A stretch of DNA of 64,000 nucleotides. Source: Lingula anatina. Its lineage: Eukaryota > Animalia > Brachiopoda. The notes under the pieces are model-generated. The model was not told the origin of the DNA, searched no databases, and was given only the letters and a program-made list of their open reading frames with translations. The stretch lies in contig CM120643.1 in assembly GCA_051362555.1 (NCBI GenBank), positions 23,068,848-23,132,847 of the forward strand, in the 5' to 3' direction. The position numbers were made by a program, and so were the translations under genes. How positions within the stretch are numbered: the first letter of the stretch is position 1; each line of letters starts with the position of its first letter. This document shows, piece after piece, positions 54,447-64,000 of the stretch.

Positions 54447-56849
54447 CCCGGCAGTTGGGCGGAAGCAATTTAATATCAATCATTAGGCCAATCACTGGCC
54501 GAATATCATCCAAGTGTAGTCAGTTTTAAAACAAAACTATATTATGACTAATACTAATAATACTGTGCATGGGGATTTATGTTTTTTTCACCTTGTTGTA
54601 ACACGTGGTTATCTTGTTTGCGCTGCTGTAACAAACCATTAAGGACAACATTAAATGGTGTACGTGATTGTTACCGTTGAAGTCAGAGCGATTATGTTTA
54701 TCTGCTACTATAGAGCCATCGTCAACATGGTTCCCACTTCTTGATAACGGTGCATTTTTTATACTATCACCCAATCTTAATTTTTACGACCTTTTCTGGT
54801 GTATTATCATAATTCAATTATAGTCAGGTCGTACACACTATCGTTCTCAAAGGCATATTATTTTCGTTGATATTTTAATCAAATGTAACTGGTTTTTTTT
54901 TTCAAATTCCATATCTAGAACTAACTTCAGGTGATTAATTGGTACACTGTAAATGACGACAGTGGGATATAAAAACACCACTTTTTTGCATTACGTACTA
55001 GCTGAATTTTTTATCAGAGTCTTTAGATTTTACAGCATGTAAGATAAAAAGCAGAAAAAACAGTTTTGGTTCATGGGGGGATTTGAAGTGTACTTTCACC
55101 ATGACCTTATCCAAAGTTTCCCTAAATTTAAGATCAGACGTGGATGATGTCCTCATTAAATCTAATGTTTACTCTTTTACTTTGATCAAACTCTGGTTTT
55201 CTCGAAACTTTTCGTTAAAAACATGGGTTAACTTGGATTTACACCTTTAACTTGGGTTTCAACGCTTTTAAAGCCAAATTTACAACCAGTAGTCTGGGTT
55301 CAAATTTTGGCTCACTGGAAATACAAAGAGGACTGAAATGCAATGCCTTTGACAAGGCTGTCGATCCTGGGTACGCGTTTGTCCTATTTAAGAAAGTTTA
55401 CGCCTGTACATTTAAGGCCCCTAATAGACACAATAAAGTAATGTAATCTTTGTGAGTGTTTATTCATATCTTTTAAAGGACATTTGTACATGATAGCATG
55501 AATTGTAGAGTCTTTTTTTGCAATTCGGGGGTCATGTCGTGGGTATTCAGTTTAATGGGAAGAAGTTACAGCAATGGCTGTGGTGAATCATATCAACTTA
55601 GATATTATTATAATTTTTTTTTTACTTTTCACAATGTCTCTAAATGGGGCAGCGATATTAAGTCTTCTTGTCAGGTTTTGCTGACAAAGTGCAAATATGA
55701 AGATCAACAGAAAAGTTGAACTCAGAAATTCTGTGGGATTATCCAATTCATATATCATTTGAAATTTGGTAAAGAGTAAATCAAATAAGCGTTATTAGTT
55801 CAAAGAGGGGAGGCGGTCTTAGTAAATATTAATAGGCCTTTCACTACAATGGCAATTTCATAAATTAGTCATCTAAGGTCAAATGGAAGAGAGTCAAAAT
55901 TGTATTTAAATCAAGAAATTAAAACTGTATTTGTAATATATATATGACTTATTTAGGCTGGCATCTACTTGGTAATGTGATTTCACCCCATGTTTGCTGT
56001 GGATAATTGTTATCAATGTTATATAAACAAGGTTAATACTAGAACAAAGCCAACTTTTGATCGCTGCCAATTAGATATGACGGTCTTATCATTATCGAGT
56101 CTATAGTAATAATCACAAAGCCGGGTATCTTCGATTTTTGATAGAATGCTTTATTACATATGAATAAGAGCAATAAGTTACAAGTCAACACAAAAAGAAA
56201 TACAAGACAATGTATTTACAGCACAGCACACACAAATACCCAACACAGCGTCATTTCCAGTATTCAGTCTTTCTATTACCTTGGTCCACGTGTTGTTTGA
56301 ATGCAGCAAATAGCAGTTCAGCACTAAATGCATCCCATAATGCTTATGGTCCAAGTTATGAAGAGTTTATATGATCGTCCGCAAGATGTTTACGTCAGCA
56401 CCGACTCCCGCTCTGTGGTTCTATCTTGCACGAGTTTCATAAATTCATTTCGCAAAATAGCTTAATCTTAAGTTCATGGTATATCTGGGATCAGTATAAC
56501 TCGAAGATCAACAATTTTAAAAAATCTCAGGACAACTTCGAAAAGAGGCCCGTCATTAAATATATATGTACCATGAAAAGAAAACTATGCCATTTGAACA
56601 AAATTCCTGAGATCGTTAAGTAAGAAAGGCGGCATGTTACACATTAGCCGTGGAAAAAATGAGAGAAAAAAGATCAAAAGCAAAGAAGAAAAAATACTGT
56701 TGGTATAAGGATAAAGTTTAAAGTCACTCGATTTAAAGCTTAGTTACATAACAGCTCAATGGGATGACTTCGGCAATGGAAAACAATGAGCACCAGTTAT
56801 CCTCGTCACATATCTCATCAGGACGGCGAGAACAGCAAAGATTGTCTTC

Positions 56850-58997
56850 TTACTTCCTCCCGTAGCCGCCGTAGTTGCGTGGCATACCATGGCCGGACTG
56901 AGCAGCACCGTATGTTTTACCGCCGTAGGTATTGTGTGAGTTGCCGCCATATCTGCCATGAGTGTTGCCGCCGTAGCCAGCTCCAAAAGTGTTGGACATA
57001 CCACCGAATGGATGGGCACCGTACATGGATGAAGCACCGCCGTATGGGGAGAAAGCTGAAATAATAAAAAAATTGCACACGTAAGTAGGTGAAAGTAAAA
57101 CAGGACCTCTTATAATTAATTAAACGTAAAGTCAATGTTGAAAATACAATTAGAGTCCCGCCCGTCATACTCGATATTAAAACCACGCAAAGACAACCAC
57201 ACCCAGCCAGTTCGTTCATCACATACTTTTCTATTTGAACCCTAAATATGTATACGATATCGACCCAAATTATGTTCCAGGCCTACACTGGTTTGGAAGG
57301 GGCAGGGGGACATTTTTTAAAATATATATTAAATCTTTTCATCCATTTATCGACAAAATCATTAAATGATTTCAAATTTGGTCCGGCAAAACGAAAATGA
57401 TTAAGGGAGGTAATGAGGTAATCCGTGCGAAGAGATATTGGTTAAAAAAAAAAACTTACCGCCGTGTCCAAAGCTGTGTCCGCCGTGTCCAAAGCTTGGT
57501 GCAGCTGGTTGTTGGTGTGTCTGGGAACCCTTTGTCAGAGATGATGCTGAAAGAGAAAACAATCAGGAGATTAACACTTATATCATAGGTTAGAGAGAAA
57601 CTACAATACAGGTATAAATTATGAAAAAGTAATATGTGCCTTACAGGCAGGATTGTTAACATTATGATCATTATCATTATCATCCCTTGGATAAAAAACA
57701 AATGTCAGGTACCTTGTGTCTGTGAAATATAATATAATATAATATAATATAATATAATATAATATAATATAATATAATATAATATAATATAATATAATAT
57801 ACAGTTTGGTATGACAAGGTACTGAATACATGTATATCTTACCAGCTTGGTATCCTCCGTTTCTGTTGACTCTCTTGCAGACTCCAGCGAATCCTGTGCC
57901 GTGTCCGGAAGCAGCACCGCCACCGTACATGTATGTGTCAGACTTGGATGGGGAAGGATAGTCGCACTTGTATTCGATGGTGTTGACGCGGTTGAAGCCA
58001 CACAGGAACTGGGTTGAAAGCTGCAAGAAGCCGGCGATGAAAGAGTAGATCGCCTGAGTAGCAGGAGTCAAGAATCCTGGGGCGAACAGGCTGTCGGAGT
58101 TCAGTTGGCCAGTGGCGCCGAAGATGCCTGGGAGCAGGGAAAGAAGTGGGAGGCAATCCAAGTTACGGATGTTACAGTCTCCATCGGTATAGCAGGAGGC
58201 ACCCTCAACTGGAAATTGAAAAAAAAGAAGGTATTAATTTGGGCATGCTTCGTTATATTATACATGTAAATTCGACTTTACATTATTTTAACGATGAAAT
58301 TCAGGTCAGTATTCAGCCAAATATTTTATTGTTGAAACTAGAGAAATAGGAAAACACATTATTACTCTTTTATATTATGTAAAAAGAAGAATCATTAAAT
58401 TTAGAAATGTTCAATTTTACCTGGGACACATTCCAGACGGACGCTGTCACCGACAGCTTTTCCGATGTTGACAGCGCTGAAGCCAGGGAGACAAGTACAT
58501 CTTCTGGAGTTAGGGTTCACCTCAAGGAGACCGGCTTTAGCTTCCACCATGGCGTATTTCTCACCGTTGACATTTCCGAGGAATGGCTCGCAGCTGGAGT
58601 ACTTGGCAACACAGATATCCTTGTGGGGATCACATACGCCGAGCAGATCTGCAAGACAAGGTATAACAAATAAATTCCTGCACACATCTTTTATGATCTT
58701 ATTCTCTCCCTTAGGAATGAGGTTTTGATACGCATTGCCCTAATTAACTTATTTACTTAATTTGTGCAAATAATTTTTGAAAATGTCAAACGTGCAGTAA
58801 TGATTATTAATATATTAAGTTCGCTTCACCTTTGAAAAATTCAAGGAAATTTACTTTTGTTGATATTGATGTTTATACTTAGCACATTTTCAATTATTTC
58901 TTTCACTCAGTCGGTCTTAGTGTCACTTACCTATTTCGGCACCTCTTACAAGAGCAGCAAGCCCGATAAGGACGAGAGTGGAAAGTGTCAAATGCAT
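56850..58997 (-). CDS. Secreted 12-Cys / Gly-Tyr-His-tail protein, copy 7 (317 aa)
   Basis: Exons 58997-58931, 58648-58421, 58208-57843, 57546-57460, 57055-56850. Signal MHLTLSTLVLIGLAALVRG; tail SFGHGGHSFGHG...RNYGGYGRK*. Confidence 0.9.
57726..57800. repeat. (AATAT)n pentanucleotide microsatellite
   Basis: Read directly from the sequence. Confidence 0.95.
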
Positions 58998-61900
58998 CTG
59001 TAACAAAAGAACATATCTGAGGTAAAGATAACATCTTGTTTTAATTACGTATACGTTAAGTTTTCTATGCCACCTGTGCGTGAAAAAAAATTCTAAAGTT
59101 GTTTTTCACCTGTGTCTATAACTTGTCTTATTTAAGACCTAATTTCTATCTTACATTTTTTAAATTTATAATTCCTTCTTGGCAATTTCGCAACCTTAAA
59201 TGTACACTTATCCAATTATGCAGCGTAAAAATGAATCGTCATGAGTTTTTCTCCAGAGGCCTTTTTCGGGCCCTTATACCCTTTATTGTGGCTGGTCTCT
59301 AGGTAACTCAGGAGTAGCCCTGGAGCGCCATAGGCGCCCAGAGACACCACTATCTCTCCAAACAAAAATTACCTTCTTAGTGCGACTGAAGTCCGTTGAT
59401 GTGTTGACTGGTGCTGCTGCTTGCTTGTCCTTGAGACTGTGCTGCGAAAGTTTGTGTCGAATGCTGCCAGAGAGCCGGGTATTATAGTGGCCGGCGGGAT
59501 GATCAGGAAGCTCTCCCCGGCCAGCCATTGGTCAGTTTTCTCTTCTCACCAGGACGGGAAAAACACGCAATCGTATGTGAAATTCATGAGAGGGAAGGTA
59601 ATCGGGAAAGTAGTTATCTGCTTGAAAAATCGTCCAGCAAGACTATTAAACTTTGGATTCCGAATATGGAAAGTCGTTTGGTCCCTGATTAGAATATGGA
59701 GACGTTGCCCTTTAATTAGTTCGTGATAAGCCATGTCCCAGTCACGGCAAGTGCGCGCAAGGTAACCTCAAGGAAAATCATTTCAATGACCAAAGTCTTA
59801 ATGATATGCAAGTGTTATACATGTCCTCATTAGTTATTCAGCGCTTTTCAGTCATATCGATATCTCGTATACTGAAATCTAATCACCGACCACCGCAGAT
59901 TAAACAGGGGTGCGAATTACAAAGGTCGGCCTGTGGTGAAGTAAAGGACTTTTTTCCCTTTCTTGCGTGATCTCAGTTTAAGGAAGGACACCTGATTGCC
60001 TAATTAAGAGAATGTTAATGGACTTGGATTAAGTAGCGATAATCGCCACCTACCCCTAAGTGATTATTCCACGCTTGTACCCCTAATACATGCCTAATGG
60101 GGAGGTGCTTTGGTTGGTTTCTATTATGATAATTCACAATGTTAACTCTCCAGATCATGTTTCCCTCTTCCTCGTTCCTCTTTAACAGCAATGGACACGA
60201 CAACGTGTAATAAGACTGGTTTTAATTAGATTTGATTATTATGTTGAATAATGATAAACTATTAAGCGCAACAAATTGAGATTTTTTGTCTTTCTGTGAC
60301 TGCTCTGATATAGGAAATTGAGTTTTTGAAATATAAAAGTGAAGATTTGTATTATTGAATTTTTGTCTGTCTCCCTATAAAAAGTACAACAGGAAAGTTT
60401 TTATTCGTTTTTTATTGCATCAAATGACAGTTTACTGTTGAAATGGAATGCCCAACACATTCGTAAAACTCCAGATTTAACGTTGTTTTTCGACGTTTTT
60501 TAATAAATTCGTTGATAAAGTGCTTAAAACACTATCGCTAAATAAAAATCATAGTAAAGGGGGTGGGGGTTTATGTAGTACACTTAAAGGAGGGGCAATG
60601 AATTGTTTGGTTCAACTTCACATATAAATCGAAAATGTAATATCTTTGGGAACATAGAACCTCAACTGAAATAATCAAAAGTAGTTTTCCAATCCAAGAC
60701 CTTCATCAAGATGTATAAAGATAGCGTGTCAGTATTTTTTCTTTATAGGAACCACGCTTCCATACATACTTTTTCCATGCTTATTTCCCAACTCTCTCTC
60801 AAAACAGATAACCACCTTTGTTGTTATTTATTAAACCCGTTAAGTTGACACCTCTGAGGTCGAACTTGCATTTACTTTTGATATACTCAGTATTAATCTT
60901 ACAAAGCTGCTATAACATAGACAAATATCAACAAGACCGATCATTTCTCGGGTCATCTAAGGGCCAAGTGTACTAATTTGACTAACACTTTTGACCGCAG
61001 CGGGACGGGATCAAAATTCTTTCCTTGTTTCCCTAACCGCATAATAAACAACTTCTTACAATGAGTTTTTTAATATCAGTGTTTTATAGATGCGAGACGG
61101 GACGTAAAATGTACTTAGATTAAGCCAGCAGAGAATGTATAGTAAAGTTGTGAAGTGTTTCATTTTATCTAAAAAAATCCGTTTTTTTTATTGATAGCAA
61201 TTAGTTTCTCAACTTTTTTTGTCAAAATGTAGACAGAAAGGATATGTTTCGCATTTAAATATGCAATGTATAATGGTTGATATTTTATGCGACATGTTAA
61301 TTGTAATAACAATATCACCTACTTCAAATGCCCCCAGCCAAAGCAAAATATGTAATAAGGCGTGAAATAATATGACTAATGACAATAATGACAGTAATTT
61401 TTATATTACTATTGTTTTACTTTTAAAGTCTTTTAATCGCCAAATCCAAAAGAACTTTGAGAAAAAGCATTTTCAAATAGAGCCAAAGTTTTAAACAGTT
61501 CGTTTTTGCAACACTTTTCTTCCGTTTTCTTCACACGGGTTTTTGAAACCTGTGCTTAAAAGATTTAATAATATGTGTTATCCTCACTTGTCTATTTGTA
61601 TAACTTAAACCTTTGGGTTGCTATGATTTTAACACACTTGTTATTATCTATATCATTCTATTAATGACAAACACATATTAAATATGGTTAGTTGCATAAT
61701 TATTTAGAAGTTGGTAAAATCGCATTTGGCCTATATTGTGTGTGTGCGTGTGCTAGTGCGTGTGCGTGTACCTGTGTGTGTGATGTTAATGTATTTGTGG
61801 GGGGGCAGGGTAACCTTGTTAATGTTCAATAATGCAATATAATCGCATGCACGTGTCCCAGCTGCACGCACATTAAACTGAGTTTGTGTGATTTGTTAAT

Positions 61901-64000
61901 TTAATGGGTCTTCTAAATACCGTTATCTTATTTAATTTGGTATATATCATCATATGAAATTGCATACTACGCGTACAAACACATCATCTTCAATTATGCA
62001 CCATATCAGTACATGCACGCAAAATATGCAATATTTAAGATTTCATCCAAAAATTAGCAATTTTATGCAATTTTTAGTTAATCTGGTGACTCCGAGGTAT
62101 AATTAGAGCCCTGCAGGAGAACTCACATTAATAATTCAGAAAGTGATTTTATCATGTGTAATATATATTGCAGGTTACGGTGATAAGTTACAAACGAAAT
62201 ATTTATCTACCGTTACCCATTAAACGCATTGTCTTGTTGTATTAATAATTCAGTAAATAATTTTATCAGCCGTAATTAATCTTCACGTTACCGTTATACA
62301 TAAACTGTATATTGTTGCACATGAAAGCGGGCATATCTTGGTTTTACATTAACACACATTTAACATTTGCACGATCGCGTATGTATCCACCAACGACCAC
62401 CAAAATAGTGAATAACATTTAAAGATTTTTTTTTCAAATTAGAGACTGACCCTTTTTTCTGTTACAAAAGTATTGTGTTCTGTCAGTTTAAATATCGTGA
62501 CGACGATAATGTCACCTCTGTCAAGTCGCCAGACTGTCACATTGGTTCACCGAGTCTGATAGGACAAACGTCTGTGGGAATCTCTTCTTGGGGATATCCT
62601 CTCTTACTATATGAAAACATTGGACCGGAGATAAAGAAAAAAGAACGAACGAGGCGGTGCAAATAATTGTGTCCGGATTAATTTCACTTGACACTTTCAA
62701 GACCGTGTAATTCTTTTTGAGGGGCCTGCTTATACTTTCCAAGAAAGTGACATTTTTATTTAGGGAGGGATACATCGAATACACTGTACGTATTTATGAA
62801 CAAGCAAATGCGGTATAGGGAGGCAAAGAGGAGTTGAGCCTCACTCAAATATATAAGTTCGTGTAACATCATCAGACAAAGTTCTATTCGCAAGCTAGGT
62901 TTTTTAAGCACGGCTGGGATGAGAGTAGGCAATTTCAGAAAAATTTTCTGTCTGCGCAATGAGTGCACATTGCTTGAATCAGTTCAACGTAATATGGGTT
63001 GGAGCAGATGCATGTTCAGGTGGCTTTACACATGACGTAAGTGCTCCTCGAAATATTGTTTAGAAAGAAGAGATATTTATTTCCAAAATCACAACACGAT
63101 TTATACATATATTTAGTACTTGAATTAAAAATATATATAGACGCACACGAATTATGATTGTACTGAAGGAACGTGTCATCCTAGAACAGTTGATGAGTTC
63201 ACTGAGATTTATAACCTAATGCTTTTGTGACAGATTATGATTTTGAACGATAAAATAATATTTGAGAGAGGTTTAAATCTCAAGGCAAAGCCCCTCAGAG
63301 ATTGCTTTGCATAGAACATTATTTCTTTCACGAAGGTCTGGGTACAGTTTGCCATTTCCTTTTTGTTGGAAAACTGCGTACTTTTTATAAATAAAAATAA
63401 TAATTAAAAGATAAAAAATGAATAAATAAATAAAACACTACGTGTCCCCTGTGTAAATAAGAAAACTGACACTATCATTTCTGCTCATATTCTGTCATTT
63501 GTCGTCGATCACAAATGATTTGGGTAAATCTAACTTAAAATAATATCTCAAATAAAGTGAAAGTCAAAACCGTTTTAATAGCTTCACACTGACAAACTAA
63601 TATGAGACAAATATACTCATGTCATCTTAAAATTTTTAAATCGGATTTTAAATAGTTTATAGGATATTTTCTGCTATGGCACTATGTCACTACCTGTAGG
63701 TCCTCCATGTGCAGCACACCAGCTGATGACGATCTTTATTACAGCAAAATATGCCCCGTTCCCCCATTTTCTCAAAGATTACACCTATTGCTATCTCAGA
63801 GCACTTGTATGTATATTACATGAGGAAACGTAGTCTATCAGAAGATGCAAGATTTCATCGCGTCCCTTAGCATGGTCACACGGAGTGCGGGGCTTAAATT
63901 TACAATTCAAATTCACTCCGCGTCCGCTGATAACGCCATGATGGATGACCGCTGAGATAGGTCAGATTTAGAGGCAGAGTTGGTCATTGGCCACACGTGA

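Larger units (their letters stand above)
44430..54936. repeat. Tandem segmental duplication containing copies 5 and 6 (units ~44430-49535 and ~50480-54936)
   Basis: 3' flanks, introns and promoters align by eye, e.g. TGTTAGAGTAGGGATAGGGCATG, GAAAGCATCCGGTTTTTGAAACCTTCATTAGTCC and CATTAGGCCAATCACTGGCCGAATATCATCCAAG occur in both units. Confidence 0.9.

Noticed and set aside
35815-58728. Recurrent plus-strand ORFs MLTALKPGRQVHLLEL... as an antisense gene family
   Set aside because: They are the reverse complement of the conserved 228-nt exon; similarity stops at the minus-strand splice sites.
59600-64000. Short ORFs, or an eighth array copy
   Set aside because: No conserved core exon, no coherent splice chain and no recognisable homology.

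Overview
AT-rich animal (invertebrate-like) genomic DNA with GT-AG introns, microsatellites and MITEs; the species cannot be determined from the sequence. From left to right: (1) a 5'-truncated, inactivated RTE-clade LINE (1-~2460, minus); (2) two tandem SLC16/MCT-like MFS transporter genes with identical exon structure (2705-5234, 5'-partial; 10174-14213), separated by decayed L2/CR1 relics; (3) an intronless, bacterial-looking CapA/PGA_cap metallophosphoesterase gene (16821-17978); (4) a ~39 kb head-to-tail array of seven intact minus-strand paralogues (20220-58997). I do not recognise the array's protein family. Each copy encodes a signal peptide, a 12-cysteine core (EGF/EB-like module plus a CxTDGDC module with a hydrophobic insert) and a divergent Gly/Tyr/Pro/Gln-rich tail that usually ends in Y-G-basic residues. 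All seven exon chains were reconstructed by hand from splice signals and keep the reading frame. The array shows precise intron differences, a 27-nt micro-exon, near-identical core exons amid unalignable introns, a recent whole-gene duplication and a coding minisatellite expansion. I found nothing supportable in ~60-64 kb.
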